Source: a virus
Taxonomy: Duplodnaviria > Caudoviricetes
Virus record (IMG/VR): IMGVR_UViG_3300020045_007904
Span: 1-35,214 of that record
DNA: 35,214 nt
Strand: one strand, 5' to 3'
Shown here: positions 9,039-17,578 of the stretch, piece after piece
How positions within the stretch are numbered: position 1 is the first letter of the stretch
Layout of the letters: the number at the start of each line of letters is the position of its first letter
Notes under the pieces: generated by a model
The model's database searches: none
What the model saw: the letters and a program-made list of their open reading frames with translations, nothing else
What the model was told of the DNA's origin: nothing
Made by a program: the position numbers and the translations under genes

Positions 9039-9747
9039 TTTGTTTACGTCTTAATTCGTTAAAGGCTTTGTCGAGTTCTTCTTCTCTGTCCTTTAGCCAC
9101 GTTTCTTTTTCAATTAAATCTTGTTCTTTATCTTCGAGTTGTTTCTTTCTGAGAGCTAGAGATGTTTCTTGAGCTGTTAAATTCCCTTCTCGAATCTTTA
9201 CGTCTTTCATTCTGAGCTCTGCGTTCTGAGTGAGTTCGTATGCTTTATCACGTGCTTGACTTAGAAGTGTTTGACTCTCTATTCGTAAATCGGTTGATTC
9301 GTTAAGCATTATCGACGAGAGTCTTCGTTCTTCTGAGATTCTGTCTTTTTCAATGAGTAATTCATTAGCTCGTTCTGCGTTTCTTTGTTCAGATTCTGAT
9401 ATAAGAATTTCTCGGTTGTCAAGGACAGTTCTTCGTTTATCAAGTTTGATATCTTCAATGTGAAGTCTGTTCCAGTCCTCATCAAGAGGTGTGAGTTCTT
9501 CAAGTCGTCTTTTGTGAAGTTCTTCTATCTCTTTCAGAAGAGAATCACGCTCTAGTATCTTTGAATGAATCTCTTGAGTTACCTGTGATACTGTCTCGGT
9601 TCGAAACTTTTTCAACCCTTGTTCTTCTTTACCTAACGTATCACGAAGAACATCAATCTTCTTGGCAATCGCAACTCCCTCGTCAATCTTTTCCTTACGC
9701 TGGCGAGCTACGTCTTGGGTGACTTGTTTTTTGCTGAGGAGTTTCAT
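9031..9747 (-). CDS. Coiled-coil hypothetical protein
   Basis: 238 aa, E/K/R/L-rich heptad pattern; coupled to neighbouring genes. Confidence 0.7.
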   Translation of the reverse strand: MKLLSKKQVTQDVARQRKEKIDEGVAIAKKIDVLRDTLGKEEQGLKKFRTETVSQVTQEIHSKILERDSLLKEIEELHKRRLEELTPLDEDWNRLHIEDIKLDKRRTVLDNREILISESEQRNAERANELLIEKDRISEERRLSSIMLNESTDLRIESQTLLSQARDKAYELTQNAELRMKDVKIREGNLTAQETSLALRKKQLEDKEQDLIEKETWLKDREEELDKAFNELRRKQNG

Positions 9748-10217
9748 TAGTTTAGAGGACTATCGGGAAATCTTACGGATAGCGGAGTTACTGAAGCTGA
9801 TTCTTCCTTGAAGAGAAAGTTCGGATTGTCTTTATCAGTTAACGCCTTAGTGCCTTTGTAGTTCTTATCGCTGTCCTTTGGCAAGTCTATGTTACTCGCT
9901 CTTGAAGGTGCCAGAGGTTTAAGACATACATCAATCCACGGCTGAAGAACTTTATCGTCGAACGTAGGCGGAAGTCCGTTACCCATCTTAGACATTCGAG
10001 TGTATTCCTTCGATTTGTAGAACTCTCGAGTGGCTAACTTGTAAGCGAACTTCTTTCTAATTTCCTGAATATTCTCTAATGTCTCATTTGGAATGAGCAT
10101 TGGACAGGTGGTCTGTTTCGGAAATGTATACTCCTTGTTATTCCAAAGAACTTTGAAATCTTCGTCTGTGTCGTTTGTGAATCTAAATACTCCGTCGAAT
10201 TCTTTCGTGATTTCCAT
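9747..10217 (-). CDS. Hypothetical protein (head module)
   Basis: 156-aa ORF coupled to the next gene and preceded by a pseudoknot motif. Confidence 0.7.
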   Translation of the reverse strand: MEITKEFDGVFRFTNDTDEDFKVLWNNKEYTFPKQTTCPMLIPNETLENIQEIRKKFAYKLATREFYKSKEYTRMSKMGNGLPPTFDDKVLQPWIDVCLKPLAPSRASNIDLPKDSDKNYKGTKALTDKDNPNFLFKEESASVTPLSVRFPDSPLN

Positions 10218-10225
10218 TTTATTAA

Positions 10226-10253
10226 GATTGTTTCAGGCACAATCACGCCTATA
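10226..10253 (-). promoter_or_regulatory. Predicted H-type pseudoknot 8 nt upstream of a start codon
   Basis: TAT AGGC GT GATTGT GCCT GAA ACAATC: stem 1 AGGC/GCCT, stem 2 GATTGT/ACAATC. Confidence 0.55.
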
Positions 10254-10270
10254 AAGTTAATAAGTGTTAT

Positions 10271-10318
10271 CTGAGCTCATCACCACTCCCGTCACAAGCA
10301 GGAGTAGAGTGAGCTCAG
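10271..10318 (-). other. Long intergenic hairpin (processing or stabiliser site)
   Basis: CTGAGCTCA...TGAGCTCAG outer stem with inner ACTCC/GGAGT stem; no U-tract. Confidence 0.6.
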
Positions 10319-10325
10319 TTAAGAG

Positions 10326-11186
10326 CTAGAGTGAAAGAAGAATCAATCCGTTGTTTGCTGAGGTGAGCGTCTGCGCTGATACTGCAATCTGCGGTACGGT
10401 TGTCAGAGTAGCTACACCAACGGTTCCTGCGGTTGTCTTTGACACACCGAGCGGATATCCGATGTTCGTAACGGTTGAGTCAACAAGACATGAAACGAAA
10501 CCTTTCGTACAAATGAAGGCGTATTGTGATACACCAGCGGCTGTAAGAGCTCCTGTCGTTCCGCTGTAGGTCGCGGCGGTTCCTGCGGCAACAGGGTAGA
10601 GAGTTACACCAACTGGTGAACCCGTTGCTGTCGTATCAGGGGAGATAATAATTCCGTCATACTGGTTCTTGAGGAGCGAAATCTTTGAGGTAGCGTCGAG
10701 TGTAACCACAATCGGGTCTTCAGTAGTAACGACGAACGTTCCTGCGTTTGCGGCGGCCTGATTAGAAGCAATTCGAAGTGTTTGTCCAATACCAGTACCA
10801 GAGGCGACGATAAGTGTACCTCCTGCGTACTCGTTTACCTTTACAACTGTCGAACCGTTTGTCACAAGAATCTGTGTCTGTCCTGCAGTTGCAGGGTAGG
10901 CTGTCGGTACAGTCATCGCGAGCTTCTGATGAGCAGTTTGCTCGGCAGGCGACTGCATAAGCTTTCCTGTCGTAAGAGCAGTTGCACCGTTTCGAACGAG
11001 AGCAACAGTTCGTCCATCAGCCGTATTGAACTTTTGTCCAATCGCCGACTCGAGGTTCGGGTCAAGTACACCAGTTCCAACGGTAGAAGGAGTGTTCTGA
11101 GCAGGAAGTGCGGAATACGCTTGTCCTCCTGCGTTGTTGGTGAAGAGACTGAGCGAAACCGATTTAAAATCTGAAATATAACTCAT
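10326..11186 (-). CDS. Putative capsid decoration/cement protein
   Basis: 286 aa, A/G/T-rich beta-type sequence, downstream of the major capsid gene. Confidence 0.5.
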   Translation of the reverse strand: MSYISDFKSVSLSLFTNNAGGQAYSALPAQNTPSTVGTGVLDPNLESAIGQKFNTADGRTVALVRNGATALTTGKLMQSPAEQTAHQKLAMTVPTAYPATAGQTQILVTNGSTVVKVNEYAGGTLIVASGTGIGQTLRIASNQAAANAGTFVVTTEDPIVVTLDATSKISLLKNQYDGIIISPDTTATGSPVGVTLYPVAAGTAATYSGTTGALTAAGVSQYAFICTKGFVSCLVDSTVTNIGYPLGVSKTTAGTVGVATLTTVPQIAVSAQTLTSANNGLILLSL

Positions 11187-11202
11187 ATCTAATAATTAAC
11201 TG

Positions 11203-11742
11203 TTAATTAGCGAAATACTTAACCACCAACGTTCCTCCAGCAGTCGACGACGTAGCATTCGTGAATAGATTGAGATATGTTCCCGAAGCCCATACTCGAA
11301 TTTGAGGCGCAACTGTTTTACCTGGCGTAGTAGAAGCAACATAATCAATTGCTGACGAAGTCGCTTGCGTAGTAGAGAGAATCAAGTTAGGAGTAGGCGC
11401 AAGATAGATTCCTGTACTTGTCGCCATCGTGAAGGTGAGGTTTGCAACTCCTGTTGCATTTCGACTGAATGTTCCGAGTCCTGAAAGATAGTAATCAATT
11501 TCTGTAACAATACGGTCTGTTGCATCGCTGTTATACAACTTTCCTGCGTCTGATACAGTCGTCGGGGTAGTTGTAGAGAAGTCCAGTGAAACCGAAGCTA
11601 TCTTAGCTGTTGAGTTAGTCGTTCCTGCGGTTGAGCTGATGTTCTGAGTTACGTTCGTGAGTCCGAAGTAGTTCGCTCCGATATAGAGTCCTACTACTAA
11701 GATAACGACACCAACGATAAGTCCTGTAAGATGTTTATTCAT
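11203..11742 (-). CDS. Thr/Ser-rich protein with N-terminal transmembrane or signal helix
   Basis: MNKHLTGLIVGVVILVVGLYIGA followed by S/T-rich beta region (ATST, ATSS, ASTT). Confidence 0.7.
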   Translation of the reverse strand: MNKHLTGLIVGVVILVVGLYIGANYFGLTNVTQNISSTAGTTNSTAKIASVSLDFSTTTPTTVSDAGKLYNSDATDRIVTEIDYYLSGLGTFSRNATGVANLTFTMATSTGIYLAPTPNLILSTTQATSSAIDYVASTTPGKTVAPQIRVWASGTYLNLFTNATSSTAGGTLVVKYFAN

Positions 11743-12000
11743 TTAGAGAATTCGGTAGTTATATCCCAAACCCGCCGACTCCGAGTCTGAACTTGTAATG
11801 ACAGCTGACCCTTGTGCTACTACCACTTTCCAAAATCCAGCAGGGATTGAAGTGGGTGTTACAAGAATAGCCGATGTTGGGTGAATTGAAGCGTCTGTAA
11901 TCGTTTCGGTATTTCCAGTCGTCCCCCAAGTCTGAGTTGTTACAGGAATGTTCGAGAGTGCTGGGTCGTAATTTCGAGGCTGTTGTGATTCATAAGCCAT
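11743..12000 (-). CDS. Small virion protein, essentially stand-alone domain B
   Basis: TQTWGTTGNTETIT...GFWKVVV...AVITSSDSESAGLGYNYRIL. Confidence 0.75.
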   Translation of the reverse strand: MAYESQQPRNYDPALSNIPVTTQTWGTTGNTETITDASIHPTSAILVTPTSIPAGFWKVVVAQGSAVITSSDSESAGLGYNYRIL

Positions 12001-12012
12001 ATGTTTGATTAG

Positions 12013-12492
12013 TTAGCGTATAATAGATTCGTATTTAATTATTTTTGTGTTTTTCTTTGAATTGCATAATCGACACAATGGTTGGATGTTTTCTATGTTA
12101 TCCGAACCGCCCTTTGACAGGGGTATTATGTGGTCTTGAGAAAGTCTAATTTCAGGTTCTCTTTTGCGACAAGACGGACAAGTAAAGTTATACTGAGCTT
12201 TAAGAGTATTCCATTCACCTAACGAGTGCGAACCTCCATTTCCTAACTTCCTTATTTGACGTTGTCTAGCCATAAACGGAGCGTATTCTTTTTTGAGACT
12301 AATTCCTCCTTTCCAAAGCGGATGAGACGAACCTGATTTGAAGGTACTTTCATTTCTACCCTTCGGATTTTTCCTACCAGTAAGAGTATCTCTGATTTTA
12401 TCTTTTGTTTCTTCTGATAGTTTTCTTCCAAAAGCTACCTTACGAAGCTTTTCTACGGTTTCTCTCGAGTGATGAAAACCTTTCTTTCTCAT
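12013..12492 (-). CDS. NUMOD3-HNH homing endonuclease
   Basis: HHSRETVEKL and KLSEETKDKI (NUMOD3); HPLWKGG; CPSC...DHIIPLSKGGSDNIENIQPLCRLCN. Confidence 0.92.
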   Translation of the reverse strand: MRKKGFHHSRETVEKLRKVAFGRKLSEETKDKIRDTLTGRKNPKGRNESTFKSGSSHPLWKGGISLKKEYAPFMARQRQIRKLGNGGSHSLGEWNTLKAQYNFTCPSCRKREPEIRLSQDHIIPLSKGGSDNIENIQPLCRLCNSKKNTKIIKYESIIR

Positions 12493-12537
12493 AACCAAAT
12501 GATACCACTGTCAAAGAACTAACTAAATACTTTCTAA

Positions 12538-13566
12538 CTAATTAACACCTGTCACGCCAGTCAACTTGCCATTTCTGAAAGGGTCTGTGCATATCAATTG
12601 CCCCCCCATAATCATAAACCCGTTCACCGCACCTTGGTTATACGCCTTAATCCACTTTGTCCATGTGAAGGCTTTCGTGGCGTTCGCTGGGTTGTACATG
12701 TAGATGTTTCCCTTGATGTCTTCTGACTTCAAAGAAACAGCTTCACCTTCCCACCAGTTTAGTCCGTAGAACTTAAGGTAGTCCATGTTCAAGAGGTAGA
12801 AGTTACCTGTAAGACACTTTTTGTCTTTGTAGATAACAAGTCCGTCCCAGATGAGTCCTTTCGCCTTGTACCCTGTACCAGCGTCCATGTCCTTGAAGTC
12901 GGAATAGGTATTGCGCTGAAACGGCATTAAGAGCTGTTCAACATAAGACCAAGTGGTGTAATCGGTATACGCAAAGTCTGGTGCTACTTTACCGTCAGTG
13001 ATTGAGTTCGCAAGTTGTCGAATCTTCAAGAGTGAAATCGTTCCACTTGAAGCTGTAACAGTTGCGGAGAGTCCTGTATACGTCGCACGTGAAAGTCCAC
13101 CGTAGGTTGAGGCGGTTGTTCCGTCGTCTACGATGTTACCGAGTCCTGCTGGGGCTTTCCCACCGAACGCTGTACCGTCTGACTGAAAGAAGTTTCCGAT
13201 GTCGTCCGCACCGTCTTGAGCACGTGACTTCATCATAACCTTCATAAGATTCAGAGTCTGCATCTTTGTCTTGTTGATGGAGAGGTCTGAACCTGCGAGT
13301 GCTACGTTCGTTGCGGTGAACGTAGGATAGAACGTCATATTTACAGATACGGGCTGTTGTGAAGTCGGGAGTTGGTCGAATCCGTTGAAGGCAATAGTCG
13401 CAACACCTTTCTGATACTTAATCGGGAAAAGCATCTGTGAGCCGTTCCACTGTTCTGTATTACCGAGAACCTCTCCGAAGAAGAAGTTATCGCGCAATAT
13501 CTGGTCGACCCAAGCAGGGGCGAGATATTGGTTAGTTGTCGTTTGCAGATTTATGTCTGGAGGCAT
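12538..13566 (-). CDS. Major capsid protein (HK97 fold inferred)
   Basis: 342 aa, directly after the scaffold-like gene; GLGNIVDDG...TYGGLSRATY and C-terminal GQLICTDPFRNGKLTGV patterns typical of podovirus-type capsid proteins. Confidence 0.8.
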   Translation of the reverse strand: MPPDINLQTTTNQYLAPAWVDQILRDNFFFGEVLGNTEQWNGSQMLFPIKYQKGVATIAFNGFDQLPTSQQPVSVNMTFYPTFTATNVALAGSDLSINKTKMQTLNLMKVMMKSRAQDGADDIGNFFQSDGTAFGGKAPAGLGNIVDDGTTASTYGGLSRATYTGLSATVTASSGTISLLKIRQLANSITDGKVAPDFAYTDYTTWSYVEQLLMPFQRNTYSDFKDMDAGTGYKAKGLIWDGLVIYKDKKCLTGNFYLLNMDYLKFYGLNWWEGEAVSLKSEDIKGNIYMYNPANATKAFTWTKWIKAYNQGAVNGFMIMGGQLICTDPFRNGKLTGVTGVN

Positions 13567-13586
13567 ACTAATAATTTATCTAATAA

Positions 13587-14348
13587 TTAACTCATTTTCG
13601 CAAAAGCCTTATCAACGTCTTTCCAAGAGTTACCTCCTTGCTTCGTTTCAGTAGAGGCGTCACTTGAACGAGACATTGAGCGAGAGGCAAGTGTTTTTGC
13701 TCGACTTGCCGTAGGAGATTTCTTCCGTTCTTGAAACAGTTCAAAGGTTGCTTCAAGGTCAGGAAACTCTGTAATATCTCCGTTCTCGTCTTTCGGTGCG
13801 ACTTTCTTAATGAACTCCACGAAGTCTGCTCGAAGTTTACGAGCTGTCGGGGTGTTCGAGGAGAGGTCAACTGAAAATGAAGATTCAATGTTATCAAATC
13901 CTTCTTCCAGTTCCTCTGTCGCTTGAGCTTCTTCACGGAGTTCCTCTTCGGACTGTTCCGCGAGTCTAGCTAAAGCTCGCTCAGCACCTTTCTCTTCAAG
14001 ACTGTTAAGATACTTTTTAAAGTCCTTAACCGCTTGAACTTTCTCTGGAGTGTCGTTACCGATTATTCTATTGAGAAGAGCATCTCCTTCGTCGTCTTCC
14101 GTTTCTTTGACGAACCTTTCAGTTTCAGTTGGTCTTGTCTTCAAAGCCTTTTCGATTTGCTTTTCAACGTAACGCTGTACCTTTGGGTCTTTGTGAAAGG
14201 GCAACGGCTTTTCATCTTTCACTTCTTCCTCTTCTTTTTCTACAACCTCCTTATCGTTAAACGGGTCTGTAGGGTCTGAAGAGAACTCGTCCTTTTTGTC
14301 TGTAATACCGTCATTAAGAAACTCATCTACTGCGTTTTCTTGTCCCAT
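13587..14348 (-). CDS. Capsid scaffolding protein
   Basis: Acidic helical ~253-aa protein between portal and capsid genes, with PFHKDP motif and a short C-terminal helix. Confidence 0.7.
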   Translation of the reverse strand: MGQENAVDEFLNDGITDKKDEFSSDPTDPFNDKEVVEKEEEEVKDEKPLPFHKDPKVQRYVEKQIEKALKTRPTETERFVKETEDDEGDALLNRIIGNDTPEKVQAVKDFKKYLNSLEEKGAERALARLAEQSEEELREEAQATEELEEGFDNIESSFSVDLSSNTPTARKLRADFVEFIKKVAPKDENGDITEFPDLEATFELFQERKKSPTASRAKTLASRSMSRSSDASTETKQGGNSWKDVDKAFAKMS

Positions 14349-14357
14349 AATGTGCAA

Positions 14358-14386
14358 GATGATTCAGGTTCACCAGGAGACCTATA
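14358..14386 (-). promoter_or_regulatory. Predicted H-type pseudoknot 9 nt upstream of the scaffold start
   Basis: TAT AGGT CTCCT GGTGA ACCT GAA TCATC; same architecture as 10226-10253 with compensatory changes. Confidence 0.55.
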
Positions 14387-14446
14387 TGGTTAAAAGATTT
14401 ACTCGGGTTTTATTTAACGTCCACAACCGCGAAACGGACATACGAC

Positions 14447-14572
14447 TTACTTCTTTATCTTCATTAACGCTCGTAATTTAGCTCCAACTCCTTTCTTACG
14501 ACCTTTGAGGAGTTCTTTCTTTTCCTCTTTCGAGTGCTTTAGATAACTTGGCACTTCATTATCAATTTTCAT
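14447..14572 (-). CDS. 41-aa basic peptide
   Basis: Manual translation MKIDNEVPSYLKHSKEEKKELLKGRKKGVGAKLRALMKIKK; overlaps the upstream ORF. Confidence 0.55.
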   Translation of the reverse strand: MKIDNEVPSYLKHSKEEKKELLKGRKKGVGAKLRALMKIKK

Positions 14573-14675
14573 CTGTTTTCTCTTTAGTATTTAAAACGAC
14601 CTTTAGTACTTCGTTTTCTTTCATACCATCGTGTTGGTGTAATGGAACTTCTTCAGTGTTTAGCGGTGCGCTCAT
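14562..14675 (-). CDS. 37-aa acidic peptide
   Basis: Manual translation MSAPLNTEEVPLHQHDGMKENEVLKVVLNTKEKTDEN; tiles between neighbours. Confidence 0.5.
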   Translation of the reverse strand: MSAPLNTEEVPLHQHDGMKENEVLKVVLNTKEKTDEN

Positions 14676-14677
14676 AA

Positions 14678-14917
14678 TTATTTCTTTACGCCAGTACCTT
14701 GACACTTCTCACACGACGGTGAAATCCAGTCACGCTGTGGGTCTGTGATACGACCTTTCCCATCACAAGCCTCGCATTCAGTTGACTTCTTCTTGCGTGT
14801 TTTCTTTTCGACTACTTCTTCGACTACTTCGGGTTCAGTAAAAGCAGTTGGAACTGACGGACTATCAACTGTTTGTGTTTCACTTACTTCTTCGATTATG
14901 TCTGGGTGTTTTGTCAT
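14678..14917 (-). CDS. Small protein with DnaJ-type CxxCxGxG zinc-finger pair
   Basis: CEACDGKG...CEKCQGTG. Confidence 0.75.
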   Translation of the reverse strand: MTKHPDIIEEVSETQTVDSPSVPTAFTEPEVVEEVVEKKTRKKKSTECEACDGKGRITDPQRDWISPSCEKCQGTGVKK

Positions 14918-14919
14918 AG

Positions 14920-15111
14920 TTATTTCATTTTGTTAAGTGCTTTTGTACGTGCCTTGTTGTATTTCTCTTGTGGGTTTCCAAACTTCTTAAACCAATCTTT
15001 ACTTGCTGGGCGATTTATCATCGCCTTTAAGGTTTTAGTCGTCGCCTTCTTCTTAAACTTCCTAGAAGGGTGAGTATTCTCAGGGTCTGCGTGGGGGTTA
15101 GGTGATGACAT
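14920..15111 (-). CDS. 63-aa basic peptide
   Basis: Start re-called at ATG 15111 (MSSPNPHAD...KARTKALNKMK), 1 nt after the upstream stop. Confidence 0.6.
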   Translation of the reverse strand: MSSPNPHADPENTHPSRKFKKKATTKTLKAMINRPASKDWFKKFGNPQEKYNKARTKALNKMK

Positions 15112-15112
15112 G

Positions 15113-15292
15113 TTAGTCGTTCCAAGCTCGCTTATATTTACTCTGATAATGTCTTTTTTCTGAGTCTGTTTTCGGAAAACTGTCGTTTGAGTGTCCTTTA
15201 AACTTTTTCTTAAACTTCGATAATGCTTTTGCTTTTGAGGTAACAGGTTTATCGTAACCAAATCTCTTTCTTAAATCGTCTAGTGCTCCCAT
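15113..15292 (-). CDS. 59-aa basic peptide
   Basis: Manual translation MGALDDLRKRFGYDKPVTSKAKALSKFKKKFKG...KRAWND. Confidence 0.55.
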   Translation of the reverse strand: MGALDDLRKRFGYDKPVTSKAKALSKFKKKFKGHSNDSFPKTDSEKRHYQSKYKRAWND

Positions 15293-15293
15293 A

Positions 15294-15401
15294 TTATTCC
15301 TTCCCCAAGGCTTGACGATGTATTCGTCTTACTTGTGGGTGCATTTTCTTTTCTAATGCTTTCTGTACTGCACGACCTTTTGCTTTTTGTGTCTTTTTCA
15401 T
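15294..15401 (-). CDS. 35-aa basic peptide
   Basis: MKKTQKAKGRAVQKALEKKMHPQVRRIHRQALGKE; ATGA overlap with the portal stop. Confidence 0.55.
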   Translation of the reverse strand: MKKTQKAKGRAVQKALEKKMHPQVRRIHRQALGKE

Positions 15402-17245
15402 TGTGGTATAGCTGGTGTGTTAATTGGAACGGCTGATAATGAACTTGAAGCTGGGTCTTGAGCGAGGTTAGGGTCTTGTCCTTCTGGTATTGGTTGAGGT
15501 GAGCCTTCGGGAAGTTGGGGGTTATTGCTGTCAGGAACTGGAGGGGCTGATTCTGGGAAGTAGGTCATCATATAGAGTTGAGGATTCGTTACCCACATAC
15601 ACAGTCGTTTGGCACTCTCCATTGGGTCTGGTTCGTTCAGAGCTTTCATAAGACCGATAGGGTCAATTGCTTTGTTGTTCCATCGTTCAACTGCGAGGTT
15701 CTGTTCTGACACCTCATCTTTAGGCTTCATTGAGTTCGGAGAGATTGAAACAACAAAGTTCCTGTTGATGTCTGAGTTTACAATTTTTACATACTCAACC
15801 GCTCGTCCGTTGCCCATTATCGCCCCGTAGTGTGCTTCATCGTAGAAGACAAAGTAAAGTTGAAGTAACCAGTTGAACATTGTATCGGCTACTTCCTCGA
15901 GTCTATCTCCAATTCCACCACCGATACGTGACGTGTCGTGTGATTGATTCAAAATCATTCCACGTGCGGTGTCTTCCTCGTTTGGCTTCTGAGCTGAGAT
16001 ACCTAATGTTCCGAACACAGAGCGAAGTGTTTCTTTGTCGTTGGCTTGGGCTTCAAGAACTCCAGACGGTAACGCTGAAGCTGGAATACGATATACAGCG
16101 TCCTTAACTCCACTTGGATTTAAAATGAATCCTTCCTCGTAAAACGATTGAACTACTTGTGAAGCATTCTCGACGTTAAAGCCTTGTCCGCTTAACACTA
16201 CTCCGTTATTCCCTGAAGCGAGGTTCTTTGTAATCTGAATATCTCGTTCCGTAATCCTATCTTGATTAGCGAGGTTCTGTTCAATGAGGTTAGTGATGTC
16301 GTGCGGTTGTTCCTGTAAAGAGAATACAGAAAGGAACGTAAACGGCATTTGAGGAATAGCGAAGTGATTCTTTGCTGGTGTGACAGTTTCCTCTGGAAGT
16401 CCAAACTCGTCAGTTTTAGTTTCTGTCTGTTCGTAGTTAAAGAATTCGTTCTTGTGTTTGTCCAAGACAACATCTTCAAAGGTTGTAAAACAAAACTCAT
16501 CAGTCCACCATTCGGTGTACGTGACTTTAGTCCCGAGCTTCTGAGCGCACTTTTCTGTGATGTACTCCTTATGCTTAGGAAACATTTTAATGAGCTTCCG
16601 TCCTGTCTTCGTCATTCGTTCGCCAAGAAACTCTCCTATGTAATTCCCTGCTGGGTCTATGAAAGCATCAGGGTCAAAGATAAAGTTCTGAGGCTTTCGC
16701 TTTTCAATACAGACGTCATTCTTTTTATCGTCCCAGCCGTACTTAACGATTGCTGTGAAGTAAATAGACCAATCCCGTACCATCACACCGAGTACCGAAC
16801 GCATATGGAGAATATCAGCGTGGTACTGAAGCATTGTCTTAATGTCGTTTGAGGCTTCTTTGCCCTCTTCGGTGTTGTCACTGAAAACAACAGGCTCAGG
16901 ATTCTTGGCAAGAGCTTGAGGAATGAACGTTTCCTCTGCTTCAAAGAGGAGGTTTGAGGAAACAGGCTTCGTAGCCGTTCCTCCTTGCGCTAACTGAAGT
17001 CCCGAATAGTACATTCGGTTACGTTTCTGTCGGGGAGTTATCTTAGGAGAATATCCGTCATCAAGTGACTTCCACTCACGAGCTAATTCAAGAAGTTCTT
17101 CGTCAGTCTTTTTAAGGTCTAGTACGTCAATGTACTCAGAATCAACTCCTTCCTCCTTTGTGATATCAGAGTCGTTAACTTTATTCTCACCTGACGTTAC
17201 GAGGTTAGTTACTCCTGCAATATTCTGTTCAAAGGCGTCACTCAT
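15398..17245 (-). CDS. Portal protein (podovirus/P22-like)
   Basis: 615 aa between terminase and scaffold; RNRMYYSG, EDTARGMIL and P/Q-rich C-terminal tail. Confidence 0.85.
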   Translation of the reverse strand: MSDAFEQNIAGVTNLVTSGENKVNDSDITKEEGVDSEYIDVLDLKKTDEELLELAREWKSLDDGYSPKITPRQKRNRMYYSGLQLAQGGTATKPVSSNLLFEAEETFIPQALAKNPEPVVFSDNTEEGKEASNDIKTMLQYHADILHMRSVLGVMVRDWSIYFTAIVKYGWDDKKNDVCIEKRKPQNFIFDPDAFIDPAGNYIGEFLGERMTKTGRKLIKMFPKHKEYITEKCAQKLGTKVTYTEWWTDEFCFTTFEDVVLDKHKNEFFNYEQTETKTDEFGLPEETVTPAKNHFAIPQMPFTFLSVFSLQEQPHDITNLIEQNLANQDRITERDIQITKNLASGNNGVVLSGQGFNVENASQVVQSFYEEGFILNPSGVKDAVYRIPASALPSGVLEAQANDKETLRSVFGTLGISAQKPNEEDTARGMILNQSHDTSRIGGGIGDRLEEVADTMFNWLLQLYFVFYDEAHYGAIMGNGRAVEYVKIVNSDINRNFVVSISPNSMKPKDEVSEQNLAVERWNNKAIDPIGLMKALNEPDPMESAKRLCMWVTNPQLYMMTYFPESAPPVPDSNNPQLPEGSPQPIPEGQDPNLAQDPASSSLSAVPINTPAIPQ

Positions 17246-17246
17246 A

Positions 17247-17462
17247 TTATTTTATACCGCACTTGCAGTTGGGGTGATACGGAGGCTGACTTCCACCACC
17301 GCCTATGTTATGTGAACCTGCTTTGCTTTGACAATACGCACAGGGTCCCGATTTTGATTTACCTAAAGCGACAGTGTATCGTCCACTTCCTACAACTTTC
17401 TTTCCTCCTCTAAAGAATTGGTCTAGCTTTGAGTTGTTGAGAGCTTTCGTCTTTGGATTCAT
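17247..17462 (-). CDS. 71-aa protein with MuF/SPP1 gp7-like Cys/His motif
   Basis: CAYC...PPYHPNCKC matches the CxxC...PPxHPNCRC signature of head-morphogenesis proteins; adjacent to the portal. Confidence 0.55.
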   Translation of the reverse strand: MNPKTKALNNSKLDQFFRGGKKVVGSGRYTVALGKSKSGPCAYCQSKAGSHNIGGGGSQPPYHPNCKCGIK

Positions 17463-17464
17463 GT

Positions 17465-17498
17465 AAAAAAATAAGCACAAACCGTGATGGCTGTGCTT
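17465..17498 (-). terminator. Intrinsic terminator/attenuator immediately before the head genes
   Basis: AAGCACAGCC-ATCAC-GGTTTGTGCTT followed by ATTTTTTT. Confidence 0.65.
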
Positions 17499-17526
17499 TC
17501 CTTGAGTTAGGAGTAGCGTCTACTAA

Positions 17527-17555
17527 ACTGTATACCTATCTACTTACTATGTAAA
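17527..17555 (-). promoter_or_regulatory. Candidate late promoter
   Basis: TTTACA-17 nt-TACAGT. Confidence 0.5.
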
Positions 17556-17578
17556 GTGTGTATAAGATGTGAATTACT

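Noticed and set aside
14678-14917. dnaJ gene partnering the chaperonin
   Set aside because: Only two CxxCxGxG repeats, with no J-domain or HPD motif.
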